Source: Auanema rhodensis (Eukaryota; Animalia; Nematoda). Taken from it: a DNA stretch of 64,000 bases. The stretch covers positions 12,772,001-12,836,000 of the forward strand of contig OZ059896.1 of NCBI GenBank assembly GCA_964057225.1. The letters run 5' to 3'. This document shows positions 35,410-46,722 of this stretch, piece after piece. The position numbers were made by a program, and so were the translations under genes. Below the pieces are notes generated by a model, which was not told where the DNA came from, searched no databases, and saw only the letters and a list, made by a program, of their open reading frames with translations. Position 1 is the stretch's first letter, and each line of letters opens with the position of its first letter.

Positions 35410-37482
35410 ATGTCCTATGCTACACACCAAAGAAAAAATAAAATAAACCCAAAAATAGCAGCTGAGATAATGAAAGCGCTTTCCTTACCGATTATAATAA
35501 CTTCGACATATGCCGAAGAAATCAATAGTTGCAAGGACTCTAACATGTTCACCACAAAACTTATAGCGAATCCTCATTGCTCCCCAGAAATGGAAACATG
35601 GACAGTGATAATAACCATTATGGCAGTTACTCTCATAGTCTCTTGTCTATGCCGCATGGGTTACAGCCAATATAGATATGAGACATGGTCCAGAAACACT
35701 CAAATTATGCTCAACACTATGAAATCAAAACATAAAACAATCTCCGTACAAGAAGATCATGAAACTGATCAAAAAATAACACAAAATCACAATGATACGT
35801 TGCAATTAAAACAAACAAACACACAAGACGTTAATATTGTGGATCATGAAACCTCTCAAAAGCATATTTACCCTATTTTAAACCATACAAGAAGGCCACC
35901 AAAATTCTCTCTTTTTACTAGAGGGTCACAATCATCTTTACCATCGTTGCTGGCAATCATCTTGGCTTTCTGTATTGGAAGCTGCAGCTCTTGCTCCGAT
36001 GTCCATGTTCAACATTTCGTTAACATAAGATGCGATAAAAACCTAGTCTGTTATCACGAATACAGTCAAGATATGATAATCTCTCCCGGAACAAAACAGT
36101 TATGTTTCAACATAATACACTCTAATCATGAAATCGGTCAATTCAAAATAACGAAATTATATACTGAACATGTCTGCCGAAAAAATACTAGATACTTCAC
36201 TAGACAGACAACAGTTAACATACTGAGTATATTACGATGCCGTCACCGAGGCTCCTGTAACGGAAGATGTGAAACTAACTCGCTTCATAATAAAATCAAA
36301 GAACTACAACCATACACCTTTCCTTCACAATCCGGTTGCTTTACACCGTCGGCGAGATTTTACACATGTCCTATGATTTGGACAGATCCATGTCTTTTCT
36401 ACAAAATAGAGCATATATCCATCACAGAACAAGTATACGAAGTCTATACTTGTGATAGTTGGTTCACCCAAACTGTATTCAATATAGAAACAACACTACT
36501 CCAGCAGAAAAACAATTACAATATCACTCTACAACCTTACACAAAAAATCGTGAACAACTTTTCAATATAACAACGTTATCACAATCCCAACCTCCTCCA
36601 GAAATGTCCACAAAATTATTTTTTTCCTCGAAAGAAAACACGTATATTACGGATATACATACAAAAGGAATAGTTCAATGTGCAACAGAGGAAGCCGCAT
36701 TAAAAGATTTCAACAATTGTACAGTATCCTCATTTTGCCCATGCACATTTAACAGATTTGATGAAATAAAATGTAGGTGTGATACCCCTACTTTTGAAAA
36801 AATGTCCAATACATCAGACATGAGATCTCCTAACCAAAACTTCAAAACTGAAGATAACACGTTATCATTCTCTACAAATTTAGACGAAAGTTTTGTTACG
36901 GTCGATTCATCCCTATTCTTAAACTCAGTCATTTTTTCCAACAATCTGCCTTGTGCACCTGCCCTCACAAAACTATCAGGTTGCTACTCCTGCGGGCAGG
37001 GTGCGTTCGCAGAATTCCAATGCCTTACGGCAGAAAAAACATGGATTTCTATCGAATGTCAAAGAGAAGTATTCATGATAAAATGTTCTCCAAAAGTAGC
37101 AATCACGGAAGTAACAATCAAAAGAGAAAATTCTCAAATTGATGAATTCTACTATACCACATGCGACAACAAAAAAATTGAGATCATTATTAAGGGAACA
37201 TTACACCACATAGCAAGCATATATGAAATAAACGAAAGTGACTCAAAAGAGGGTACAGAATCCAAATCCATTGACTTTGCTCCAATGTTCAAACTAATTC
37301 TATCAAAGTTGGGAATCATACTGAAAAGCATTGTCATTACCGCTACTATAGGATATGTAGCATGCACGCCAATGTTATACTTTGTATTGTTGAATACAGT
37401 ATTAGCCATACAATGGATGGCCAAAAGGATGTTTGCAATATACAGAAATTTCACAGCCTCACTTCGAGATCAGAGATTTTAA
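35410..37482 (+). CDS. env: Envelope glycoprotein, phlebovirus Gc-like class II fusion protein with a very short Gn-like part
   Basis: ANPHC plus TM; second signal LLAIILAFCIGSCSS|CSD; RCRHRGSC..C..CLFY; LSGCYSCGQGA; C-terminal TM. Confidence 0.82.
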   Translation: MSYATHQRKNKINPKIAAEIMKALSLPIIITSTYAEEINSCKDSNMFTTKLIANPHCSPEMETWTVIITIMAVTLIVSCLCRMGYSQYRYETWSRNTQIMLNTMKSKHKTISVQEDHETDQKITQNHNDTLQLKQTNTQDVNIVDHETSQKHIYPILNHTRRPPKFSLFTRGSQSSLPSLLAIILAFCIGSCSSCSDVHVQHFVNIRCDKNLVCYHEYSQDMIISPGTKQLCFNIIHSNHEIGQFKITKLYTEHVCRKNTRYFTRQTTVNILSILRCRHRGSCNGRCETNSLHNKIKELQPYTFPSQSGCFTPSARFYTCPMIWTDPCLFYKIEHISITEQVYEVYTCDSWFTQTVFNIETTLLQQKNNYNITLQPYTKNREQLFNITTLSQSQPPPEMSTKLFFSSKENTYITDIHTKGIVQCATEEAALKDFNNCTVSSFCPCTFNRFDEIKCRCDTPTFEKMSNTSDMRSPNQNFKTEDNTLSFSTNLDESFVTVDSSLFLNSVIFSNNLPCAPALTKLSGCYSCGQGAFAEFQCLTAEKTWISIECQREVFMIKCSPKVAITEVTIKRENSQIDEFYYTTCDNKKIEIIIKGTLHHIASIYEINESDSKEGTESKSIDFAPMFKLILSKLGIILKSIVITATIGYVACTPMLYFVLLNTVLAIQWMAKRMFAIYRNFTASLRDQRF

Positions 37483-37764
37483 TAAAAAAGATATAAAAGG
37501 TAGAATAAACAAAAGCAAAGTATAAACTAAAATTCACATAAATAAAATAAACCAAGGAGAAAAGAAAAGGAATTAATTTCTGAAATAATAATGTAACACG
37601 AATTTGCTAGTTTTACTTAAGATATCTAATCTGTAGTATTGAATCACATAATAACTCGTTAACAGACGTTTAATGGATAATATCAAAAAGAGAAGGATAC
37701 CATATTAATCTCTGAATGACGTAATAGACACATGTCATAGACCAGACGTCAACCAGTATATAAG

Positions 37765-38259
37765 GTGGCAAAACAAGTTTGCCTCAACTCAGTAGTAATG
37801 GAGGATATAACGTCTAACTTAGTTGAGAACACTTCCTTCGAGGAAGATCTCAAAAAGTATTCGCATCTACCCAATACTACTGCAAACCTGAGACAGCTAA
37901 TGGTCTTTGAAAAAAGGTTCTATGAGAACCTGGCCAGCGCTGTGAACCACCTATCCGAGAGGCTCGACAACATTAACCACTCTCTAAATTTGAAACTGGA
38001 CAACCTAGCTGTCCAAACCGCGCCAAAGGACTCCTGCATCTTTTGCAGCAAACCGAGCGCTGATGGTCACCGAACCGCAGCTTGCCCAATATATCCCTCG
38101 TCTCCAGAGCGGACTCTACGTCTACATGAATTGGGACTATGTATCAGATGCTTGAACCCGAAACATTCGGACACATGCGAGGTATCTTGTTATAGATGCA
38201 AAGCAGAAACCCACCATGGAGTTGAATGTGGGGAGACCAAACGTAAAAGACCCATGTAG
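37765..38259 (+). CDS. Accessory ORF: coiled coil plus three Cys/His zinc knuckles (start uncertain; first ATG at 37798)
   Basis: CIFC..H..C, CIRC..H..C, CYRC..H..C. Confidence 0.72.
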   Translation: MAKQVCLNSVVMEDITSNLVENTSFEEDLKKYSHLPNTTANLRQLMVFEKRFYENLASAVNHLSERLDNINHSLNLKLDNLAVQTAPKDSCIFCSKPSADGHRTAACPIYPSSPERTLRLHELGLCIRCLNPKHSDTCEVSCYRCKAETHHGVECGETKRKRPM

Positions 38260-38313
38260 GTCTTTACACTCTTGCCGGGAGTGTCGCGATAAGCGAGTAA
38301 GTTTTGTTTTTGT

Positions 38314-38314
<1 letters not shown>

Positions 38315-38402
<88 letters not shown>

Positions 38403-38430
38403 ATCTCTATCTCTATCTCTCTTTATCTCC
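38315..38430. repeat. (CT)n microsatellite inside the G LTR
   Basis: Directly visible. Confidence 0.95.
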
Positions 38431-38739
38431 TTCCTTTGTAACTAGATCAAAACACATATGCACAACATATGTGTTAACATGTGGCATAAGTAACAGTTTA
38501 TTTCAGACGACCGCCCACAACGGAGGACAGTCTTACATTTTCAACGTTCGCAGTCAGTGATTTTATTCCGTGCTTGTCTTGTTAATTCATCAATAAACCT
38601 TTTTCTACATATTCGCTTTGCGTTTTACTTCCAACCATACTATACACTTGTGGTATAACGCCACAAACTACAGCACCAAACTTGGATAACTACAATCAGC
38701 TGAGTTCAAACTTCGAGAAAGTTAAAGACAGATTACAGT

Positions 38740-38811
38740 GGTTCCGTGGTGTAGTGGTTTGCACTCAAGACTCTGAATCCTGCGACCCCAGTTCAAATCT
38801 CGGTGGAACCT
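38740..38811 (+). tRNA. tRNA-Gln(CTG) probable pseudogene
   Basis: Substitutions in the D-loop, anticodon stem and T stem. Confidence 0.75.
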
Positions 38812-39616
38812 TCAAGTTTTGCATTTTGTTTTGGCCGATATATGTTTCACACATTCTCTTTAGTTTTTGTCTTGAACTTTGAGTATTCGAAAATAAATAT
38901 TTACTACACTAGCAAGCAGAAGAAAACCTTATACTAGTTCATTGTTTCTTTAAATTTTAAATTTAATTATTTTTTCACTGTCAAATCGGCAAGCACCTGC
39001 TGCACATGTGCGAGCTATTCGAGTGACCGATACCCAAACGAGCCACGCTTAGAAAATGAGGCTGACATAACACGTTTTTCACTCCTACCCAGATTGATTG
39101 CTTTAAAGACATTTCTGTCTTATCTCATTATATTCTCTATTTTGATTTTTCTAAATTTTCATTAATGTATAATTCAAACTGTAATTCCTTGTGATCAGAT
39201 TGTTAATCGTTATATCTGTGAACGTTTCTCGCAAAAAAGTAAGTAGAGTGTTCAGTTGTACCCACTCAACAAAGAAAGTAGAAGAACACATATATTTAGA
39301 GCAAAAAAAGTGCGGAAAAGTCGTTATCTCGTTAACATCAGTTTCACTGCCCAAAACTTTGTTTCTTAATGTCCGAGGTCATATGATGAATTCTAATTTC
39401 GCACTTAGTTGATGAAAATCGAACAAGATTTTTCTCAATTGACCACAACTACAGCACCAAACTTGGATAACTACAATCTGCTGAGTTCAAACTTCGAGAA
39501 AGTTAAAATTTCGAATCTCCTCTCAATCATTTTGTTCCTCCTTCTTTCTGTTTTGTTTTACACAAAAGGGAGGATTGAATCTCATATATGACAATTCTCT
39601 TGTGAGAGATTACAGT

Positions 39617-39688
39617 GGTTCCGTGGTGTAGTGGTTAGCTTTCAGGACTCTGAATGCTGCGACCCGAGCTCAAATCTCGGTGGAACCT
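39617..39688 (+). tRNA. tRNA-Gln(CTG) probable pseudogene
   Basis: D-stem, anticodon-stem and B-box (gctc) changes. Confidence 0.75.
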
Positions 39689-40397
39689 TCAAGTTTTGCA
39701 TGTTGTTTTGGCCGATATATGTTTCACAGATTCTCTTTAGTTTTTGTCTGGAACTTTGAGTCTTCGAAAATGAATATTTACTACACTAGCAAGCAGAAGA
39801 AAACCTTATACTAGTTCATTGTTTCTTTAAATTTTAAATTTAATTATTTTTTCACTGTCAAATCGGCAAGCACCTGCTGCACATGTGCGAGCTATTCGAG
39901 TAACCGATGCCCAAACAAGCCACGTTTAGAAAATAAGGCTGACATAACACGTTTTTTACTCCCACCCAGATTGATTGCTCTAGAGACATTTCTGTCTTTT
40001 CTCATTATATTCTCTACTTTGATTTTTCTAAATTTTCATTAATGTATAATTCAAAATGTAATTTCTTGTGATCAGATTGTTAATCGTTATATCTGTAAAC
40101 GTTTCTCTCGAAATAGCAAGTAGAGTGTTCAGTTGTACCCACTTAACAAAGAAAGTAGAAGAACATATATATTTTGAGCAAAAAAAGTGCGGAAAAGTCG
40201 TTATCTCGTTAACATCAGTTTCACTGCCCAAAACTCTGTTTCTTAATGTCCGAGGTCATATGATGAATTCTAATTCCGCACTTAGTTGATGAAAATCGAA
40301 CAAGATTCTTCTCAATTGACCACAACTACAGCACCAAACTTGGATAACTACAATCAGCTGAGTTCAAACTTCGAGAAAGTTAAAGACAGATTACAGT

Positions 40398-40469
40398 GGT
40401 TCCGTGGTGTAGTGGTTAGCACTCAGGACTCTGAATCCTGCGACCCGAGTTCAAATCTCGGCGGAACCT
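40398..40469 (+). tRNA. tRNA-Gln(CTG), intact
   Basis: All stems pair; A and B boxes intact; TTTT follows. Confidence 0.95.
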
Positions 40470-40731
40470 TTAACTTTTGCATTTTGTTTTGGCCGATATA
40501 TGTTTCACAGATTCTCTTTAGTTTTTGTCTGGAACTTTGAGTATTCGAAAATAAATATTTACTACACTAGCAAGCAGAAGAAAACCTTATACTAGTTCAT
40601 TGTTTCTTTAAATTTTAAATTTAATTATTTTTTCACTGTCAAATCGGCAAGCACCTGCTGCACATGTGCGAGCTATTCGAGTGACCGATGCCCAAACGAG
40701 CCACGCTTAGAAAATGAGGCTGACATAACAC

Positions 40732-43700
40732 TATCCACTCCTCTCATAGATGCGCCGGTACAACTCACTGCCCATGGGGCACCGGATGCGATGATATCCG
40801 ACAGGATACTTTCGTAGCCGAACTACATTCAGCTTACGAAAATCCTGGAAGAACCTACTGCACCAGAGCCGGAGGAGGCCTATTCAACAGCTGTGGACTT
40901 CCTATAGAAGGATGCATTTTATTTAGGCCAACTTATCAGCCCGAAAACGAAGAAGTATACGAAGAAATTAAATGCATACAATGGAAACAGGAAGTGCAAG
41001 CAAAATTATTAATCACATACCTCAATAACACTCACCAATACGATATTTTCCTACAACCCTACCGAAAATATGAGTTTCACGGAATTTCATTACAGATTTC
41101 GTCGGTTACAACAAAAGCAACGACGGAACTATACAACAAAATTTTTCTCACATCTGAGACTAAAAGCTACATGATACCGGAACAAATAAAACCAGCGGTA
41201 ATATGCAGCAATGCACGAATCGCAGCAGATAAGTTTAATGCATGCCACATACAAAAGCCTTGCCCATGTTTGGGGGCCGCAGCGCAGCTCTCTTGCAATT
41301 GCGATTCAGCAACACAAAGAGAACTGAAAAAATATAAACTTCCACAAATTAATACAAATTATAGAATCACAAAAGAAGCAGGAACAATAACTGTTTTATC
41401 ACAAATGGAAGAATCAACGCTCACAATGGAAAACCCGCAATTAAGCATCGAAAGCTTATATACTATTTTATATACTATTACATGTGAAACAAAGGACGAA
41501 CTGAATGCCATTCTGAACTGCGACTCCTTTTCTACTACAATACGATGCTCTGACCAAAATCCCGCCACAACGGTCAAACTATATTTCAATGAACCCAAAG
41601 TACAAGAAAACTGTACTCTGACTTGCGGACGAGCAACAAAATAAATTATACAGCTAAGTACCAGACTACACTACATAAGCGACACTACCATTTTTTCAGA
41701 AGAATCGATCAAACTACATGATGGAACATCCGGACTATCATGGAATCTCCCAAATTTGGAACCGCTTTTCGACGTCATCCATGATAATTGGAAATGGATA
41801 GTACCTGCCGTAGCTGCAATCACTGCAGGTTCATACTTATTATACATAGCAGCCCCATTCCTTACATCATTACTTCTTCCTGCTATACTCTCTTATTGCT
41901 GTGTGAGAAACTCAAACCGCAACCCTCGCCCGGCAATGTCGGCGAATGCCTGACTAGAAATGAAATACAATAATTTAACCTAGAAACATAACTCTTCTGA
42001 AACTCTAAACCATTGTCTAATAACCTTGTAATTGTATCATTAACCTCTTGCGCAACATTCTTAAAGGATATTGAACTTTTATCACCTCTATAGTTTACAT
42101 TGACCTGACCTTTGTATTCAAATATCAAATATCACCTTCAAGCTAAATCATATATAAAGCTCAAGAAACCTTCACTATCACTCTTAATTTAATTCTACCA
42201 CTGAACTTATACCGATCTTATAATAAACCTTTCTCATTTAACTAACTGTTTGGATTCGCCACTAACTCATATTATCCCCATTAACCGGGGAACAACCGAG
42301 TATAGACGCTCGTCATTGGGAACATTAAAAACCCAAATTGGTGCAACGACCAAATCAGGTATTAATTGTTAGAAACTTTCTTATCATATTTTTTCCTTTT
42401 TTTTTCATACTTTCCATCTCACTCTTCTTCACATTTTCCTCCTTTCCATCTCGTTCTCTTCATCAAAAAAAAAAATTTTTTTTTATAAACCAACATACTT
42501 TAAACAGTTGAAACTGTTCATTTTGCAATCATTCTACTAAGAAATTCCAAAATAATCCACTTTCGACCCGAAAAAGAAAAAATGGACCGTATCAAAACGG
42601 TTTTTAATACAAAATTCCAAAATTTCGTTCAAACTTTTGAAAAGAGCCTTTTGGAAAACAAACAAAGTGAGGAGCAGTTCTCTCTTTATTCCGACGTTAA
42701 CAACACTCTTGAACAGCTTCGCTTTCACGAATCTAATTTAAACGGACATCGATCCGCAAAATGTTTAACCATACATAATCCTCAACAGAGGAGAGACATA
42801 ATAAAACAAAAAAAACAGGTGCTGGATTTGTTTCAGTCCTACACACACTAGCACTAAGTGTACCTTTGATAAATGTAAAATATGTAATAGAGATCATCAC
42901 CCATCTCTTTGTCTCCCTCCTGCTTCATCAAAATCATCTAATAAAAAAGCAACAATGGGTATCAATTGCTCTATTTCGCAATCAACTCACACTCCACCTT
43001 CGCCCGCATATCTTATGACTTCTAAAGTATCAATTTTTAACCCCCATACAGGTAAGTTCCACACCAAAATATTGTTTTTCGACCCTGGAGCAACTCAAAG
43101 CTTCATTTACGAGCCGGCAGCCAAAGAATGCCAGCTCAAAACTTTAAATTCCGAATTAATCACAGCAACCGGTTTCTCCGGGAGCTATGAGGCATTTAAT
43201 TCTTTAACGGTCGAAGCAAGTTTAAGAACTCCATTTGGAAAAAAATATCATACTTACGCTCCTCACCTCACCCAAACCTCTCACAGGAAAACTAAAGAGC
43301 TGTCAACTTTCTCTAAAAGACAAAGAAGCTCTAGAACAATCTAATATAACCATTACTAACCAATTGGTGGATGGTGAATTATTCATTCCCGATATTTTGC
43401 TGGGTATGGATTGGTGTGATACAATCATACATGATACCAAACCCACTATACTTCCATCGGGATTGAAAGTCAAACATACCCAGATTGGACCCTGTATTTA
43501 CGGTAAGCAAATACCGAACGATAATATCGCAGCCATAAATACACTTATTGTTAACCCTGTGATACCAGAAGACGTTATGATTAAACAACTTTTTGAAATA
43601 GATAACTTAGGAATTTCTCCACACGAAGGAGCCTTGAACCGATCGGAGCTATTCTTCAATGAATATACTTCTCTAATAAAATTCGACAAGGGTTTTGTTA

Positions 43701-43739
43701 TGGCTCCCTTACCTCTTAAATCAAACGCCACAAAAATTC
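40732..43739 (+). mobile_element. BEL/Pao F3: env 3' part (40732-41936), LTR (41937-42337), PBS (42339-42351), internally deleted gag-pro
   Basis: HRCAGTTHC..GGGLFNSC..CILF Gc-like fusion region and a TM segment; LTR and gag-pro are near-identical to F1. Confidence 0.9.
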
Positions 43740-44236
43740 CCTTCTTTCTTTTTTGTTTAACACAAAAGGGAGGATTAAATCTCATATATGACAATTCTCT
43801 TTTGAGAAATTACAGTGGTTCCGTGGTGTAGTGGTTAGCATTCAAGACTCTGAGACCTGCGACCCGAGTTCAAATCTCGGCGGAACCTTCAAGTTTTGCA
43901 TTTTGGTTTGGCCGATATATGTTTCACACATTCTCTTTAGTTTTTGTCTTGAACTTTGAGTATTCGAAAATAAATATTTACTACACTAGCAAGCAGAAAA
44001 AAACCTTATACTAGTTCATTGTTTCTTTAAATTTTAAATTTAATTATTTTTTCACTGTCAAATCGGCAAGCACCTGCTGCACATGTGCGAGCTATTCGAG
44101 TGACCGATGCCCAAACGAGCCACGCTTAGAAAATGAGGCTGACATAACACGTTTTTCACTCCTACCCAGATTGATTGCTTCAAAGACATTTCTGTCTTAT
44201 CTCATTATATTCTCTATTTTGATTTTTCTAAATTTT
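43740..44236 (+). repeat. Partial tRNA-Gln repeat unit
   Basis: Matches the repeat unit. Confidence 0.9.
43817..43888 (+). tRNA. tRNA-Gln(CTG) probable pseudogene
   Basis: Anticodon arm disrupted. Confidence 0.72.
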
Positions 44237-44244
44237 TTAAATTT

Positions 44245-45103
44245 AAAAAAAACTTCATTTATAATTGAATTATCTCTTTTAATATTGATAGTTGTAATTT
44301 CTTTGAAGGGTGAACATTTAATCATGAATACATCTTTTGAACACTTGATCGGTATCCATGTTTCTTTAGATGACATACAAGAAAACAATGCAGATGCACC
44401 CTGCCCACAGGAATAACATCCGGAGAGACTGATCAATAAAGGACGACAAGGTATATCATAGGAAAATGTATTACTGTCATATAAAAGTTCAGAATCAATT
44501 GAAACTGTAGTTTCATCAGACTGAGTTCGAAAAGTTAAGGATGTATCGGGTTTATAGATTGTTTCCGTATTTGCCATATAGGGAGTAAAATATGAGAAAA
44601 ATGTGTGAAATTATGTTGTGGACATATACAGCCAGCAACATCATTATTGATTTTGTTACAAGTACAATCGATAACCGTTGTACATCTTGAAAAATTGTCG
44701 GAAGTGTCTGCCTTCGAAATACATTGTACCATAAATGGAAAATGTGGTTCAACAGCAAAGATTTGATTGTTTGAAGCAACAAAATAATAATTATGAAGTG
44801 GAGTAGGAGGTTTGTCTTGTGTATTGATCGTCATATTGAAAAAAGAGTAATTCATTTTCAAATATGGTGGAATTGTGATGTTATAAATATTTTTATCTTT
44901 AACAATATGTGTTGTAATTTCAAAAGTTGAAGATGTTGTCCAATCTTCACATTTAAACACTTCAAATATGTCGTCTGAAGTAGGTACATGTTCTAATTTG
45001 TAGAAAAGACAAGGGTTTTCCCAAAATGTCAAACAACACCATATATGTGCTGAAGACCGGACACATTTGGATTGTGTTGTAATATCCTTGATTTGGATAT
45101 TAA
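44245..45103 (-). pseudogene. env: BEL/Pao phlebovirus Gc-like env fragment (H), related to G env
   Basis: PCLFYKLEH..FKC.DW, LSGCYSCGQGA, VFMIKCSP. Confidence 0.82.
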
Positions 45104-45479
45104 TGTTCCATGTTATTGACCCTTAGATTGATGTGTTGTAAAAGAAACAATAAGATTTGAGGAAGAGAGAAAGATTTATTGTAAATAAAAAAACATTTAA
45201 ACAATAAACAAATAAAGATAAAGATAAGTCCGCCAACTGAAGATTCAGTTGAATGGCAAACTTATATAGCGAATGTTATCAGCATTTTCCACGAAAGGTT
45301 ATAAGTTGTCAATGACAATTATAACTATCTCAGAAAATGCTGAGGCTGCAAAATATAACTGATAACATAATACACTAAAACAAGAAACTAGAATTATAAA
45401 ATATAAAATATAAAACACAGAATAAAGAAATACATAAAAATTATAGAAAGAATAAAGTAAAGAATTATAAAGTATAACA
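45104..45479 (-). repeat. 3' LTR of element E (TGTTAT...GGAACA)
   Basis: Ends resemble the family termini; TATATAA and AATAAA on the minus strand. The partner LTR is outside the window. Confidence 0.75.
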
Positions 45480-46366
45480 TGCTACCGCTCTTCAAGTCCT
45501 GTGTCCTCACAGGTATGCATAAGGTTTCCAAAATTTTCATAATGTTGCAGCAAGCTTTTTGATGAGATCCTTATGTACTTTTCTCATCTTTCCTTGACTC
45601 ATTTCCAATTCCACATATGAGTTGTATACGCCTGTAATTTTGAACGGTCCATTATAAGTGGGTCACAATCAGCCGTGAACCGTCATATCCTTCAATAGTA
45701 CCATTTCACCTATTTCAAATGTACGTGATGCTATTCGGTTACTATTATTCAACCGATTTTGTTGTTCAATTGATTTTAATTGAATTTTTTCTTGAATAGA
45801 ATCCCAGGTATTTTTCCGATTTTCATTTCTTTCCAATAATTCGTCATCTTCAGGAGAATTTAGATGAGGTTGTCCTGGTAATTGACGGTCCATAGGTAGT
45901 CGTGCGTCTCTTCCAAAAAGAGCAATGTATGGGCTGATTCCGGTAGTTGTACTTGGGATTGTATTTAATGCGAATGTGATTTTAGGTAATTGTGAGGCCC
46001 ATTGAGAGACACGGTTTTTAGCACAAGTGGATAAACATTCCTGGATGGTTCGATGTGGTCGTTCCACTTGACCATTTGTATTTTTGTGATATGGCAGAGA
46101 GAAGGTTTGTACAATTCCAAATTTGTTGCACATTAACTTGAATTCTTTAGATATAAAATTTCCTCCATTGTCAGACACGATGCTCACTGGTGGTCCAAAA
46201 ATGAAGACGAAATTCGTCAGGAACTTTCGGACTGTTTCTTCGGCATTCTGTGTGCGTTAAGGTATGCTCTTTATCCATTTCGAAAAAGTATCTTGAATAG
46301 AAAGAATATATTTAAATCCATTAGTGCTAGGGGAAAAAGGTCCTGTCACATCCATATGAATCCTAT

Positions 46367-46703
46367 CGTTCCATTCGGAAATCAATACGTAGCAGGCGGG
46401 TTAGAATCAGACGACATGAGGCTGAGAGAGGACGACACGCCCTTCATATGGAACACAGACTTCAGCTTTGCCTTATGGAATGACTATGGATGGTTGGTCT
46501 TCCTTTCTTAGCTCTCTTTCACTTTATATCTTTATGTAGACTTATATAACTTATTGTAATCATGTAGACATAATAAACCTTTCTTTCTCGAGTCTTATGT
46601 TTATCCATTATGCTCTTTATCTACCGCTACATCTGGAATACTATCACACTCATCTTGTAGGCTTTATTGGTCTATAGGATCGACGTGAGAGCATAACGGA
46701 ACG
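46367..46703 (+). repeat. 5' LTR of element D (CGTTCC...GGAACG)
   Basis: No differences seen versus 57494-57830. Confidence 0.97.
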
Positions 46704-46722
46704 TGGAGGTTCCACCTCGAAC
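46704..46722 (+). promoter_or_regulatory. PBS of element D (tRNA-Gln)
   Basis: TGGAGGTTCCACC-TCGAAC directly after the LTR. Confidence 0.9.

Larger units (their letters stand above)
34768..38665 (+). mobile_element. BEL/Pao element G, 3' part: integrase C-terminus, phlebovirus-like env, accessory ORF, 3' LTR (38282-38665)
   Basis: LPRGTWKLGRI..DGNIRSAKV..LYPLE; GCCGGGAG precedes TGTCGCG...CGCCACA; repeat sequence resumes at 38666. Confidence 0.9.
38666..40731 (+). repeat. tRNA-Gln tandem repeat, units of 877 and 781 bp
   Basis: tRNA starts at 38740, 39617 and 40398. Confidence 0.95.

Noticed and set aside
12988-43888. CRISPR-like or tRNA-SINE interpretation of the repeated 72-mers
   Set aside because: The spacers are themselves conserved 700-800 bp repeats, there are no cas genes, and units have no TSD or tail. 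This is a tandem tRNA gene array.
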